DNA from: Bacteroidaceae bacterium
Lineage (GTDB): Bacteria; Pseudomonadota; Alphaproteobacteria; RF32; CAG-239
Length of the DNA: 64,000 nucleotides
Assembly: GCA_963641885.1 (NCBI GenBank)
Contig: CAVIDY010000002.1
Coordinates: 18,811 to 82,810 of the forward strand
Direction: 5' to 3'
A program made the translations under genes and the position numbers. Position 1 is the first letter of the stretch. Every line of letters starts with the position of its first letter. Under the pieces are notes generated by a model. That model was not told where the DNA came from. It saw nothing but the letters and a program-made list of their open reading frames with translations, and ran no database searches. This document shows, piece by piece, positions 28,554 through 39,672 of the stretch.

Positions 28554-29021
28554 ATGTCAAATCCTATTGATACCAAAGTTATTAGCAAATTGGCTGAAAT
28601 TTTGGATAAAAATCAATTAACTACCTTAAATTACGAAGATGAAAGCTGCAAAATTTCTTTGGTTAGAGAAGTAAGCGGCGGTGTTGTTCCAACATACGTT
28701 CCTGCTCCTCAACCTGTTACCACTCCGGTTGCGGCTGCTCCGGCAGAAGAAGAAACGAAAGAAACTGTTGTAGATTATAGCAATAATCCAAACGCTATTA
28801 AATCTCCGATGGTCGGCGTGGTATATCTTTCCAGCAATCCAAACTCTCCGAACTATGTTAAAGTCGGCGATTCGGTTAATGAAGGCGACACCTTATGCCT
28901 GATTGAAGCTATGAAGACATTTAATCCGGTAAAAGCTCCGCGCGCAGGCAAAGTTGCTAAAATTTTGGTAGAAACTGGCGACCCGATTGAATACGGTGAA
29001 CCATTGATTGTGATTGAATAA
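28554..29021 (+). CDS. accB: Biotin carboxyl carrier protein of acetyl-CoA carboxylase
   Basis: EAMKTFNPVKAP biotinyl-Lys motif and a Pro/Ala linker. Start at MSNPID. Confidence 0.9.
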   Translation: MSNPIDTKVISKLAEILDKNQLTTLNYEDESCKISLVREVSGGVVPTYVPAPQPVTTPVAAAPAEEETKETVVDYSNNPNAIKSPMVGVVYLSSNPNSPNYVKVGDSVNEGDTLCLIEAMKTFNPVKAPRAGKVAKILVETGDPIEYGEPLIVIE

Positions 29022-29035
29022 AACAAAGGATTGCT

Positions 29036-30382
29036 ATGTTTGAAAAAGTTTTGATAGCCAACCGCGGTGAAATTGCCTTGAGAATACATCGGGCGTGCCG
29101 AGAAATGGGAATCCGCACTGTGGCTGTACACTCAGAGGCTGACGCCAACGCCATGCACGTGCGTTTAGCCGATGAAGCTGTGTGTATCGGTCCGGCGCGT
29201 TCTGTTGATTCATATTTGAATAAACCGGCAATTATTTCTGCCGCCATTATTACCGGTGCTGACGCAATTCACCCAGGGTATGGTTTTCTTTCGGAAAACG
29301 CAGATTTTGCCGAAATGGTGGAAAAGCACGGGATTACTTTTATTGGTCCAACCGTGGCGCAAATGCGTTTGATGGGAGATAAAATTACCGCCCGTAAAGC
29401 TGCAAAAGAGGCTGGATTACCGATTACCGAAGGTTCCCCTGCTTTGGAATCTATTGAAGATGCCAAGCATTGGGCTAATGAAATCGGTTATCCGGTAATC
29501 ATTAAAGCCAAAGACGGCGGCGGTGGTAAAGGTATGAAAATTGCTTTTAACGATGAGGAAATCGGTGAAGCGTTTACAATGGCAAAAGCCGAAGCTAAAG
29601 CCGCGTTTCCAAGTGATGTTGTTTATATGGAAAAATATTTGCAGCATCCGCGCCATATAGAAATGCAGATTTTAGCTGATAAATACGGCAATGTTGTGCA
29701 TTTGGGCGAACGCGACTGCTCTATTCAGCGCAACAATCAAAAAGTGATTGAGGAATGCCCGTCTCCTGCTCTGAATCAAGAACAACGCAAAGAAATCGGC
29801 GATATTGTTCGCAATGCCATTGCAAAAATCGGCTACTGCAACGCCGGAACATTGGAATTTTTGTATGAGAACGGCAAGTTCTACTTTATGGAAATGAACA
29901 CCCGTCTGCAAGTGGAACACCCGATTACCGAAGCCGTTACCGGTATTGATATTGTTAAAGAGCAAATCCGCATTGCGGCAGGCGCTCAGCTGGGCTATAC
30001 GCAAGATGATATCAAATTCAACGGTCACGCCATTGAATGCCGCATTAACGCAGAAGATCCGGAAACTTTTGTTCCTTGCGCCGGTAAAATTGAAGAATGG
30101 CATGCTCCAGGGGGCTTGGGAGTACGCGTGGACTCGGAAATTTATTCCGGCTACACAATTCCACCGTATTATGACAGTATGATTGCCAAACTGATTGTGC
30201 ATGCAGGCACCCGCAACGCCGCTTTAATGCGTTTGCGCCGCGCCTTGGAAGAATTTGTGATTATGGGTGTGAAAACCACCATTCCGCTGCATCAAGAAAT
30301 TATTTCGCAGCCGGAGTATTTGGATGCTCAATACGACATTCACTGGTTGGAACATTTTATGAAGAATCGCAAAAAACAATAA
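29036..30382 (+). CDS. accC: Biotin carboxylase subunit of acetyl-CoA carboxylase
   Basis: Full-length ATP-grasp biotin carboxylase (MFEKVLIANRGEIALRIHRAC...). Confidence 0.96.
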   Translation: MFEKVLIANRGEIALRIHRACREMGIRTVAVHSEADANAMHVRLADEAVCIGPARSVDSYLNKPAIISAAIITGADAIHPGYGFLSENADFAEMVEKHGITFIGPTVAQMRLMGDKITARKAAKEAGLPITEGSPALESIEDAKHWANEIGYPVIIKAKDGGGGKGMKIAFNDEEIGEAFTMAKAEAKAAFPSDVVYMEKYLQHPRHIEMQILADKYGNVVHLGERDCSIQRNNQKVIEECPSPALNQEQRKEIGDIVRNAIAKIGYCNAGTLEFLYENGKFYFMEMNTRLQVEHPITEAVTGIDIVKEQIRIAAGAQLGYTQDDIKFNGHAIECRINAEDPETFVPCAGKIEEWHAPGGLGVRVDSEIYSGYTIPPYYDSMIAKLIVHAGTRNAALMRLRRALEEFVIMGVKTTIPLHQEIISQPEYLDAQYDIHWLEHFMKNRKKQ

Positions 30383-30566
30383 GCGCTTATTTATATAGAA
30401 AATCCTAAACATTGGTTTAGGATTTTTTTATGCGACCTATTAAAATGATTTGCCGATTTTATTGGCAGAGTAGCCAACGACATACAAAAACGAAATATCA
30501 TTTTTAGCCAAATCTTAACATCTGTTTTTTATGCTAAAGAAAAATGAAAATTAAAGGAGAAAAAAT

Positions 30567-31115
30567 ATGAAAAAATTTTTATCACTATTATTGGCTGCTT
30601 TTGCCTTTTCGGCAACAGCTTCGGCTGCTGAAGTAAAAGACCCTGAAAATACTTTGGTTATGCAGCTTAAAGACGGCACTGTTTTGATTGAAATGTATCC
30701 TGATGCAGCACCAAACCATGTGGCAAGAATTAAAGAATTAACACGTCAGGGCTTTTACGACGGCTTAAAATTCCACCGCGTGATTGAGGGATTTATGGCG
30801 CAAACTGGCGATCCACGCGGCAACGGCACCGGCGGCAGCGGTAAAAACTTAAAGGCTGAATTTAACCACAAACATCATGGACGCGGCACTGTTTCTATGG
30901 CAAGAGCCGCCTCGCCAGATTCGGCAGACAGCCAATTTTTTATCTGCTTTGCCGACGCCGGATTTTTAGACGGTCAATACACTGTGTGGGGACAGGTTAT
31001 CTCCGGCATGGAATATGTTGACCACATCAAAAAAGGCGATAGCGCTGACAATGGTACAGTTATAAATCCTGATAAAATAATTTCGCTTAAAGTATTGGCT
31101 GACACTCAAAAATAA
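30567..31115 (+). CDS. Periplasmic cyclophilin-type peptidyl-prolyl cis-trans isomerase
   Basis: Signal peptide followed by FHRVIEGFMAQTGDP...GNGTGG cyclophilin motifs. Confidence 0.9.
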   Translation: MKKFLSLLLAAFAFSATASAAEVKDPENTLVMQLKDGTVLIEMYPDAAPNHVARIKELTRQGFYDGLKFHRVIEGFMAQTGDPRGNGTGGSGKNLKAEFNHKHHGRGTVSMARAASPDSADSQFFICFADAGFLDGQYTVWGQVISGMEYVDHIKKGDSADNGTVINPDKIISLKVLADTQK

Positions 31116-31571
31116 AATCAGCAAGTTTATGTAATTTGCCGCTTATCTCAAGATAGGCGGCTTTTATTTTTTATAGATAGATACAGAAAGCCCCCTAAAA
31201 ATATCCAAAGATACTTTTAAAGGGGGCGCTGAGAACGAGATGTTAAACAGCTGCAGAGCTTGTTACCGGCGATGGTCGAGGAGTCTTGCGCTTCTTGCGT
31301 TTGAATTCGTCGCGGGTCTTTTGGTACTCTGTCTTAGTTGTTTTACTCTTTTTATAGTCACCTTTTGCTTTTTTACCGTTAGCAGAGGTGTGATAAGCTT
31401 TCTGTGCCATAATTTAAAAAATTTAGCAGGTTAAAAAATATGTTAATAATCTCAAAGTACGTATGGTTATATACTCTTTCATTTTTCTGTCAACATATTT
31501 TTTTATAAATTTAGGTAAAAACAAAACCGCCTCGAAAGGCGGCTTTATTTTTTAGACAGAATATATTATTT

Positions 31572-32021
31572 TTAATCAATAATCATCGCCGTTAAATCGG
31601 CTTCTGACACAACTTGGTCATCAACCATGCCAACACCGTGAAACACAAAAATGTTACGGCGTTCTTTAACTTTTTCAACGTGCATTCTCAGCTGGTCGCC
31701 TGGGCGAACCGGCTTGCGGAATTTCACGCCGTCTACAGCCATAAACAATACACTACGTTTTTTATTGGCATAATCCGGATCGGCACTCATAACCACACAG
31801 CCCGCCGACTGCGCCATAGCTTCAATTTGCAGCACCCCCGGCATAATTGGATTACCAGGGAAATGACCTTGGAAAAATTCTTCATTCATAGTCAAGTTTT
31901 TAATGCCAACGCCTTTAACCCCTGGTTCTTCAACCTCGAGTCTGTCTACCAACAAAAACGGATAGCGGTGCGGCAGCATTTTCATTACTTCATCAATATT
32001 ATAAATCTTCTTCTCAGACAT
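31572..32021 (-). CDS. fabZ: 3-hydroxyacyl-ACP dehydratase FabZ
   Basis: HFPGNPIMPGVLQIEAMAQ hot-dog motif. Confidence 0.93.
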   Translation of the reverse strand: MSEKKIYNIDEVMKMLPHRYPFLLVDRLEVEEPGVKGVGIKNLTMNEEFFQGHFPGNPIMPGVLQIEAMAQSAGCVVMSADPDYANKKRSVLFMAVDGVKFRKPVRPGDQLRMHVEKVKERRNIFVFHGVGMVDDQVVSEADLTAMIID

Positions 32022-32033
32022 TTTTTCCTCACT

Positions 32034-33047
32034 TTATTTTTTAGAATTCTTTTGCAAAAAAGCAACCTGACGCATAAAGTCTTTGAACGGAACACACGGA
32101 CTTCCCATCATCACGGCTCCGTCTTCAATATCGCGCATTACACCAGACTGGGCGGCAATTTGCACGCCGCTGCCGATATGCAAATGGTCAGCCAAACCGA
32201 CCTGACCGCCGCAAACGACATAGTCGCCTAAAGTACAGCTACCAGCGATACCAACCTGTGAAACAATCACACAGCCGCGACCCAATTTGTCGTTATGGGC
32301 AATCTGCACTAAATTATCAATGCGGCAGCCGTCGCCGATAACTGTATCATCTAAAGCGCCGCGGTCAATACAAGCATTTGCTCCGATTTCCACATCATTA
32401 CCGATAATAACGCGTCCCAATTGCGGAATCCGGTGATGATGACCGTTCATCAACTGAAAACCAAATCCGTCTTGTCCGATGCGCGCACCAGTATAAATAT
32501 AGCAATTATTGCCAATCAGTGCATAAGCTATTGAGGCGCCGGCGCCGATACGGCAATCCCGACCGATTTTGCAGTCATGAGCAATTACAACATTGGCTTC
32601 TATACGGCAATTATCGCCGATTACAACATTATCTTCAATAACCACATTAGCGCCAATATAGCAGCCGCTACCGACACTGGCAAACATAGATATTTTAGCG
32701 CTCGGGTCAATTTCTGTTTCAGGCTTTTTTTCGGAGTACATATATTCGTTTAAGCGGATAAATGCTTCTTTAGGGTTTTCGCACACCAAAGCCACAACGT
32801 CAGCCGGCAGAAATTGCTGCAAGCCCTCGGTTGTCACACAGGCTTTAGCCTTAATTCCCGCAGCAGCCTCTTTGCTTTTGCGGTCATAGAAAAAACAAAT
32901 TTCGTCAGTTTGAGCAGATTTCATGGTAGCGATGCCTTTAATTTTTTCACCAGCTTTTGCCGAATCCGTCAAATTTGCTCCGGTAACCTTAGCCACATCG
33001 GCTAAGGTTACGTTTTCTTTTATATTATAAAAATTTTTATCTACCAT
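32034..33047 (-). CDS. lpxD: UDP-3-O-acylglucosamine N-acyltransferase
   Basis: Left-handed beta-helix hexapeptide repeats and the LpxD N-terminal domain. Confidence 0.93.
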   Translation of the reverse strand: MVDKNFYNIKENVTLADVAKVTGANLTDSAKAGEKIKGIATMKSAQTDEICFFYDRKSKEAAAGIKAKACVTTEGLQQFLPADVVALVCENPKEAFIRLNEYMYSEKKPETEIDPSAKISMFASVGSGCYIGANVVIEDNVVIGDNCRIEANVVIAHDCKIGRDCRIGAGASIAYALIGNNCYIYTGARIGQDGFGFQLMNGHHHRIPQLGRVIIGNDVEIGANACIDRGALDDTVIGDGCRIDNLVQIAHNDKLGRGCVIVSQVGIAGSCTLGDYVVCGGQVGLADHLHIGSGVQIAAQSGVMRDIEDGAVMMGSPCVPFKDFMRQVAFLQKNSKK

Positions 33048-33056
33048 TATATTCTC

Positions 33057-35318
33057 CTAGAGGCTTGTACCAAAGTTCAAGCGGAATACTTCGGTTTTAT
33101 CATAATCGGTCTTACTGATAGGGAAACCAAAGTCAATATCAATTTTACCCATCGGAGACATCCAATCAAAACCAAAGCCGACAGAGCTGCGGATTTTTGA
33201 TGAATAGTCAATCTTTTGCGAATCGAAATTATCAGGTTTACCCAGCATACCGATATCCCAGAAAGTACGACCTTTAATACCAAGTTCGTCCAAACCAATC
33301 GGGAAGGTCATTTCTGCACCGGAATACATCATCCAGTTACCGCCCAAAGCATCGTCTGTGCGTTTATCGCGCGCACCAATACCAGCAAATTCGAAACCGC
33401 GCAAAGTCTGTCCGCCTAAATAGTAGCGGTCGGACAAGCGAACCTTTTCTCCGCTGTAGCCGGCAATATAGCCGCCGGTTGCGAACAGCTTAAAGGTATA
33501 GTAGTCGGCAAGAGTATAGAATTTATAGGCTTTAGCGTCAAATTTATTATATTTATCATCTCCGCCAACACCGGCAAAATCGTTACCAAATGACAGATAG
33601 TAGCCTTCTTTGGTATTGATAGCATTATCGCGTTTATCATATACAAAAGTTTGACCGATTACGGAAGCAGTACTGCTGCCTTCTTCGGCTTTTACAAATT
33701 CAGAAGCATAAGATTTTACGTGATTTACTTCATTCTTACTCAAAGTATAGCGAGCGTAATGATAAAAGTCATCGGTATAATTCCAGCCAAAACGAACACG
33801 TCCGCCTTTGGAGCTTGTATCATAAGATGCTTCATCTTCATAGTCTTGCTCTGTCATAAACAAGTCAGCACCGGCACTCAGGCGGCGTCCCATAAAATAT
33901 GGTTCGGTAAAGCTGATGTCATAATCTTTGGTACGCTGAGAAATACCAATATTAAAGCCCAATTCCTGACCGCGACCGCGGAAGTTGTTTTCGGTTACGC
34001 CAGCTCGCAGCAAAGCACCGTTGGTGGTTGAATAACCAATGCCAACATTAAAGTAACCAGTTGATTTTTCTTCGACATTAACATTTAAATCAGCCTTATT
34101 CGGACCTGTTGGTTCGGTTTGAATATCGACCTTGCTAAAGTAGTTCAAATTTTCAACATTACGGCGGGAATCGCGCAGTTTAGAAACATTCAAAGCATCT
34201 CCTTCGTCCAAGCGAAACTCTCGGCGGATTACCTCATCTAATGTCCGGTCGTTGCCTGTAATGTTAATTCTATCTACAAATACACGCTGACTTTCGGTTA
34301 TATTAAATGTCAAATCGACAGTGCCAGCGGCGTTGTTACGCACCAGCTCCGAATCCACATCAACAAAAGCAAAACCCTTTTTACCCAAAGTTTCGGTCAT
34401 AGCACTAATTGATTTATCAATCAAATCCGCGTTGTACCAATCGCCTGTATCCAATTCCACATCGTCATACAGCGGAGCGGCGTCCACATCTTTAACCTCG
34501 GACTTTATGCTGATTTTGCCGATTTTATAACGCATACCTTCATTCAGCGTAAAGGTCAAAATAAATGACTTTTTATCGGCACTGAGCTCGGCGATGGCTG
34601 ATTCAACTTTAAAATCTGCATAACCGCGGTTTGTATAAAAACGGCGCAGCAGCTCTTTATCATAGTTCATTTTTTCGGCATCATAAGTTTCAGATGAGGT
34701 AAAAATGCGATACCAGCGGCTTTCCTTACTCATAATTTCATCTTGCAAATCAGAGTTGGAATAGTGCGTGTTGCCCAAAAAGTTAATTTTATCAATTTTA
34801 GCAGCTGAACCTTCATCAATTTCATAAATCAAATCAACGCGGCTGTCATCACGTTTAATGATTTTTGGTTCAACTGAAACGGTATAGCGTCCAGTTTTGC
34901 GGTATACGTCCAAAATTCTCTGTACGTCTTGCTGCACTTTAGCCTTGTCATAAATGGAACGAGGACCTAACTGCACTTCGCTTTCCAAAATTTTATCATC
35001 TATTTTATCATTGCCGTCAAACGCGCGTTTGCCTATAACTGGATTTTCTTTTACGTTGATGATTAAAGTGTCGTTTTTTGATGTGTCAAAGTTTACATCG
35101 CTGAACAGCCCTGTGTCATACAAGCGCTTAAACGAACTATCTAACTTGTCTTGCGAAACCGTGGAATTTTGCTTGATATTCAAATATGAAAGCACTGTCG
35201 CTTTTTCCACACGCTGAAGACCGTTAACTTCTATTTTTTTAACCAGCATATCTGAAGCCATTGCTTCAAATGCAAATAAGCTGGTTGCCATTATACCGGC
35301 AAAAAGTTCTTTTTTCAT
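33057..35318 (-). CDS. bamA: Outer-membrane protein assembly factor BamA
   Basis: Signal peptide, POTRA repeats and a C-terminal Omp85 barrel ending ...FGTSL. Confidence 0.93.
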   Translation of the reverse strand: MKKELFAGIMATSLFAFEAMASDMLVKKIEVNGLQRVEKATVLSYLNIKQNSTVSQDKLDSSFKRLYDTGLFSDVNFDTSKNDTLIINVKENPVIGKRAFDGNDKIDDKILESEVQLGPRSIYDKAKVQQDVQRILDVYRKTGRYTVSVEPKIIKRDDSRVDLIYEIDEGSAAKIDKINFLGNTHYSNSDLQDEIMSKESRWYRIFTSSETYDAEKMNYDKELLRRFYTNRGYADFKVESAIAELSADKKSFILTFTLNEGMRYKIGKISIKSEVKDVDAAPLYDDVELDTGDWYNADLIDKSISAMTETLGKKGFAFVDVDSELVRNNAAGTVDLTFNITESQRVFVDRINITGNDRTLDEVIRREFRLDEGDALNVSKLRDSRRNVENLNYFSKVDIQTEPTGPNKADLNVNVEEKSTGYFNVGIGYSTTNGALLRAGVTENNFRGRGQELGFNIGISQRTKDYDISFTEPYFMGRRLSAGADLFMTEQDYEDEASYDTSSKGGRVRFGWNYTDDFYHYARYTLSKNEVNHVKSYASEFVKAEEGSSTASVIGQTFVYDKRDNAINTKEGYYLSFGNDFAGVGGDDKYNKFDAKAYKFYTLADYYTFKLFATGGYIAGYSGEKVRLSDRYYLGGQTLRGFEFAGIGARDKRTDDALGGNWMMYSGAEMTFPIGLDELGIKGRTFWDIGMLGKPDNFDSQKIDYSSKIRSSVGFGFDWMSPMGKIDIDFGFPISKTDYDKTEVFRLNFGTSL

Positions 35319-35333
35319 TTTTTGTTTTACTCC

Positions 35334-36773
35334 TTAGTCAAACCACCGGTTAATTAAGTGCATAACGTCATTCCACGTTGCCAAAACCATAATGGCTAAA
35401 ATTAACAAAAGTCCAAATTTAAAAATATAATCCTTTACTTGAGGCTTTAATTCGCGGCGGGTAATCATTTCACACAAATAAATCACCACGTGACCGCCGT
35501 CCAAAACCGGAACCGGCAAAATGTTAATCAGTCCCAAATTTACGGACAACAGCGCCATAAAATAGATGAATCCGATTAAACCGCCTGTTTTGCTGACATC
35601 ACCGGACATTTCGGCGATGCGGATAATACCTCCGACATCTTTGCCGCCGCGTTGTCCAGTAATCATTTGCCCCACGGCGCGCAAGGTAGTTACAGTCAGG
35701 TCATACGCCTCATAGAAACCTGATTTTACAGCATTGCCGAAAGTCATATTGTCATCGCTCAAAACAATCCCTGGTGTGGATTGAATCCCCAACATTCTGC
35801 GCTTAGTCGGTTTGCTGCCGTCGCCAGCATCAAAAGCGGTTTCTTTCAACACAGCGGTAACTTTCAACGGACGGCGCACTTTTAGTTCAATTTCATCTTC
35901 GGTATGCGCTGCAACATAGTCTTTCAGCTGAATAAAATCTTTAAGCTCAACTCCATTTACGCTGTCGAGCAAATCACCGCTCTGCAAACCAGCTTCCGCG
36001 GCTGGACTGCCAACAACCACATTGCCGACTTCCGCTGGAGAAGGTAAAAGTTCGCCAGTTTTTTTGTCAACCGGAGCAGGCAGAGACATTAAACCTAAAA
36101 TACGTTCTTTTTTAGGCTCTGCCGTGCAGCATGGCACTTCAATTTCTTTTGTAAACAATTTATAAGTCTGCGGTCGTTCAATTTCGACAACCACTTCATC
36201 TGTTGTCGCCAAAGAAATTTCATTGCTGATAGATTGAAAATCCGGAGTTTTGCTGCCGTTTATACTGATGATTCTATCGCCCGCTTTAATTCCCGCTAAA
36301 TCAGCGGCTTCGCCTTCAACCACCGCGCCGACAACCGACGGATAAACTATTTTGCCATAGCAGTAAAAAATACCTATAAACACAACAATCGCAAACAAAT
36401 AGTTAAACGCCGGACCTGCAACCACGATTGCCAATTTTTTCCAGCTTTTTTGATATGGGAAAGCATGTTTTTTATCTTCTTCCGACAGTTCAGCCGTTTT
36501 TTCATCAGAGGTTGAAGAAGAGGCATCGGCATCACCTAAAAACTGGCAATATCCACCTAAAGGAATCGCACAAATCTTCCACTTTGTACAATGTTTATCG
36601 GTGCGGCTCCACAGCTCTTTGCCAAAGCCTATAGAAAAATCGGAAACGGCAACGCCTAAACTGCGGGCAATGATAAAATGTCCAAACTCATGAACAAACA
36701 CCAGCACACCAAGCAGGATAATAAACGGCACAATATAATAAATAATATTTTGCAAAATTTCCATTTTTATCAC
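35334..36773 (-). CDS. rseP: RIP zinc metalloprotease RseP (site-2 protease)
   Basis: HEFGHF motif, PDZ domains and a C-terminal LDGG motif. Confidence 0.9.
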   Translation of the reverse strand: MIKMEILQNIIYYIVPFIILLGVLVFVHEFGHFIIARSLGVAVSDFSIGFGKELWSRTDKHCTKWKICAIPLGGYCQFLGDADASSSTSDEKTAELSEEDKKHAFPYQKSWKKLAIVVAGPAFNYLFAIVVFIGIFYCYGKIVYPSVVGAVVEGEAADLAGIKAGDRIISINGSKTPDFQSISNEISLATTDEVVVEIERPQTYKLFTKEIEVPCCTAEPKKERILGLMSLPAPVDKKTGELLPSPAEVGNVVVGSPAAEAGLQSGDLLDSVNGVELKDFIQLKDYVAAHTEDEIELKVRRPLKVTAVLKETAFDAGDGSKPTKRRMLGIQSTPGIVLSDDNMTFGNAVKSGFYEAYDLTVTTLRAVGQMITGQRGGKDVGGIIRIAEMSGDVSKTGGLIGFIYFMALLSVNLGLINILPVPVLDGGHVVIYLCEMITRRELKPQVKDYIFKFGLLLILAIMVLATWNDVMHLINRWFD

Positions 36774-36774
36774 C

Positions 36775-37680
36775 TTATCTCATAATATATATAAAAAACA
36801 GATACACAAACGGAGCCGAGAAAATCAAACCATCAACACGGTCAAACACTCCTCCGTGCCCCGGAATAAGCTTGCTGGAATCTTTCACGCCGACTTTACG
36901 CTTGATGGCAGATTCAATCAAATCGCCAATTTGCGCCAACACGGCAATCAGCGCGGCAACAAACGCATACATCATTTGGTCGTTAATATTCCAAACATAA
37001 CGCAGGTTCAACGGCGAATAAGTAAATGAAATATGGTTGAAACTATTTGTATAGAAAGGAATATCCATAACTTCGGTGCAAATATACATAAAGATTATGC
37101 TAACGGATATAGAAAGCAAAATACCGCCGAACAATCCCGACCAAGTTTTGTTTGGGCTGATTTTCGGAGCCAGTTTCGGACCGCGCAAATTGCAGCCGAC
37201 GACCAAACCGCCGATATCCATGCTCCAAACCATCAGGAAGAACCACAATGTCATCATAAAACTGTAATTATATTGCGGGTCATAATAACCTTCACTCGGG
37301 TCGAAGCAGCGATACATCCAAATCAACGAGCCAATGCCGATAGAGATATACGGTACGCCGAGCACCACTAGCGAGCGATGTTTTTCTTTTTCGGCTATAA
37401 ACCAAACAACCAGCGAAGTTACGGCAATCATGGTAAGCAACACTGCAAAATTATAGCTCCACAAAGAAACAGCCAAACTCATCACATAGGCCGCAACATA
37501 CGCCGATGCCTTTTGCGTCGACAGCAGGTTAGCCCATTCCCAAGCCAACAAACCACCGACGACGACAGCCAAAACTTCAACATACGGGCTGCCGATGTAC
37601 AATACTTCAACCGCCACCGGAATCATGACAATCGCTGCCAAAATTCTTTTGGTTATCGCACCTAATTTACGACTTACCAT
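36775..37680 (-). CDS. cdsA: Phosphatidate cytidylyltransferase
   Basis: The C-terminus carries the CDS signature (GHGGVFDRVDG). Start is chosen at MVSRKLG, overlapping uppS by 14 nt. The ORF-track start at 37713 would overlap by 47 nt. Confidence 0.85.
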   Translation of the reverse strand: MVSRKLGAITKRILAAIVMIPVAVEVLYIGSPYVEVLAVVVGGLLAWEWANLLSTQKASAYVAAYVMSLAVSLWSYNFAVLLTMIAVTSLVVWFIAEKEKHRSLVVLGVPYISIGIGSLIWMYRCFDPSEGYYDPQYNYSFMMTLWFFLMVWSMDIGGLVVGCNLRGPKLAPKISPNKTWSGLFGGILLSISVSIIFMYICTEVMDIPFYTNSFNHISFTYSPLNLRYVWNINDQMMYAFVAALIAVLAQIGDLIESAIKRKVGVKDSSKLIPGHGGVFDRVDGLIFSAPFVYLFFIYIMR

Positions 37681-38371
37681 ATCTTCTCTCCCTACTATTA
37701 AATTCTTTAACAATCTCTTCTAATTCCGCCTTTGAAAAATCCGGCCACAGCGTCGGCGAAAAATACATTTCGCTATACGCCAGCTGCCACAGCAAATAGT
37801 TGCTTATTCTTTGCTCACCGCTGGTGCGTATCAGCAAATCAGGCTCAGGCATTCCCGCCGTGTACAGCTGCGATGAAAAAACGCCGCAATCAACGTCTTC
37901 CAGCTGCAAGCTGCCGTTTTGTACCAATCGGGCAATTTTTTTTGCCGCCGCAACAATTTCCTGTCTTCCGCCATAGCTTAAAGCCACACATAAAGTCAAA
38001 CCATCATTATCAGCAGTTCTTTCTTCTATCTCTGCCATTTTTGCAACAATATCTGCCGCCAGCATATAACGTTCGCCAATAAAAACTATCTGAACATTAT
38101 TTTCTTCCAGCTCCTTAAAGCTGTTATCTAAATAATTGCGCAGCAAATTCATCAGTCCATCGACTTCAGACTTTTCTCGCTGCCAATTTTCGGTAGAAAA
38201 CGCATAAACAGTCATATATTTGACACCGAGACTTTTCACAGCCTTTGCCGTATCTATCAGAGTTTCAGCGCCTTTTTTATGTCCCATAGCCACAGGAAGA
38301 CCGCGCTTTTTTGCCCAACGGCGGTTTCCGTCCATAATAAATGCTATATGTTGCAAATTTTCAACAGTCAC
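37667..38371 (-). CDS. uppS: Undecaprenyl diphosphate synthase
   Basis: HIAFIMDGNRRWA motif. Confidence 0.92.
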   Translation of the reverse strand: MTVENLQHIAFIMDGNRRWAKKRGLPVAMGHKKGAETLIDTAKAVKSLGVKYMTVYAFSTENWQREKSEVDGLMNLLRNYLDNSFKELEENNVQIVFIGERYMLAADIVAKMAEIEERTADNDGLTLCVALSYGGRQEIVAAAKKIARLVQNGSLQLEDVDCGVFSSQLYTAGMPEPDLLIRTSGEQRISNYLLWQLAYSEMYFSPTLWPDFSKAELEEIVKEFNSRERRYGKS

Positions 38372-38382
38372 AGCTACTTATC

Positions 38383-38946
38383 CTATACCTGCATAATGTC
38401 TTTTTCTTTTAGCGCAACCTGCTCATCCACTTTGCGAATGGCGTCATCAGTCCATTTCTGAATATCATTAGTATATTTCTTTTCTTCATCTTCAGAAATA
38501 AGCGAATCCTTTTTCAGTTTTTTAACTTCATCCATAGCGTCACGACGGATATTGCGAACCGCAACTTTGCATTGCTCGGCATATTTGCCGCAAATTTTCA
38601 CCAATTCTTTACGACGCTCTTCACTCAACGGAGGAATAGGTATGCGAATCAGCTGACCGTCAGACATCGGATTCAAACCTAAATCGCTTTCACGCAAAGC
38701 TTTTTCCACAGCCTTAGCCAAACCTTTATCCCAAACGCTTACCGACAAAGTGCGCGCATCAGGCACTCCCACCGTACCGACTTGACTAATCGGCGTCATG
38801 CTGCCATAAGCTTCAACCAACACACCATCAAGCAGGCTGGCATGAGCACGCCCGGCACGAAGTCCTGCAAAATCTGTTTTCAGAGCCTCCAAACTTTTTT
38901 CCATACGGCTCAAGGTTTCAGTTTTAATTTTTTCAAAATCAGACAT
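38383..38946 (-). CDS. frr: Ribosome recycling factor
   Basis: Canonical 187-aa RRF. Confidence 0.94.
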   Translation of the reverse strand: MSDFEKIKTETLSRMEKSLEALKTDFAGLRAGRAHASLLDGVLVEAYGSMTPISQVGTVGVPDARTLSVSVWDKGLAKAVEKALRESDLGLNPMSDGQLIRIPIPPLSEERRKELVKICGKYAEQCKVAVRNIRRDAMDEVKKLKKDSLISEDEEKKYTNDIQKWTDDAIRKVDEQVALKEKDIMQV

Positions 38947-38961
38947 TTTTACCTCTTTACT

Positions 38962-39672
38962 TTATTTAATTATAGTACATTTTGCCAGACCGCAGACAGC
39001 CTCGACAATTGAATTTTTCCCTTTTTGAGCAAACACCATAATCGGAATATTATTTTCCGCAGCCATGGTAATCGCTGTCATATCCATAACTTTAAGTTTT
39101 TTCTCTTCAACTTCGGCAAAACTTACGGTTTCATAGCGTTTGGCATTTGAATTTTCTCGCGGGTCAGAATCATATACTCCGTCAACCTGAGTTGCCTTCA
39201 TTATCACATCGCAGTGCAATTCAGCAGCACGCAGAGCAGCGCCTGAATCTGTGGTAAAATATGGATTTCCCGTACCTGCAGCAAAAATAACAACTTTACC
39301 TTTTGCCAAAGATTTCATTGCCTCACGAAAACTATAGGTTTCGCACACTTGAGGCATTACCAAGCCGGAATAAATTTCTGCCAAACAGCCCGCGCGCTCA
39401 ATCGCCGTTTTCATAACAAGCGCGTTCATCAGTGTTGCCATCATACCAACTTGGTCGGCAACGCTTCTATCCATTCCTTCGCTGGCATTTTTAGCGCCAC
39501 GGAAAAAGTTTCCTCCGCCGATTACCAAACAAATCTGCACTCCCAGCTCACGCACTTTTGCAATTTCTTCGGCAAGTGCGGCTGCAATACCAGCGTCAAC
39601 GCCAAAGCCTTTGTTTCCCATCAAGCCTTCACCGGAAAGCTTGAGCAAAATTCTTTTATAAACAGGTTTCAT
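38962..39672 (-). CDS. pyrH: UMP kinase
   Basis: ILLKLSGE...GGGN motifs. Confidence 0.94.
   Translation of the reverse strand: MKPVYKRILLKLSGEGLMGNKGFGVDAGIAAALAEEIAKVRELGVQICLVIGGGNFFRGAKNASEGMDRSVADQVGMMATLMNALVMKTAIERAGCLAEIYSGLVMPQVCETYSFREAMKSLAKGKVVIFAAGTGNPYFTTDSGAALRAAELHCDVIMKATQVDGVYDSDPRENSNAKRYETVSFAEVEEKKLKVMDMTAITMAAENNIPIMVFAQKGKNSIVEAVCGLAKCTIIK

Noticed and set aside
31240-31434. Plus-strand 64-aa ORF MLNSCRACYRRWSRS...
   Set aside because: Cys- and Arg-rich, hydrophobic, low-complexity translation with no Shine-Dalgarno. The opposite-strand Lys-rich ORF is the more plausible of the two and is itself only a low-confidence finding.
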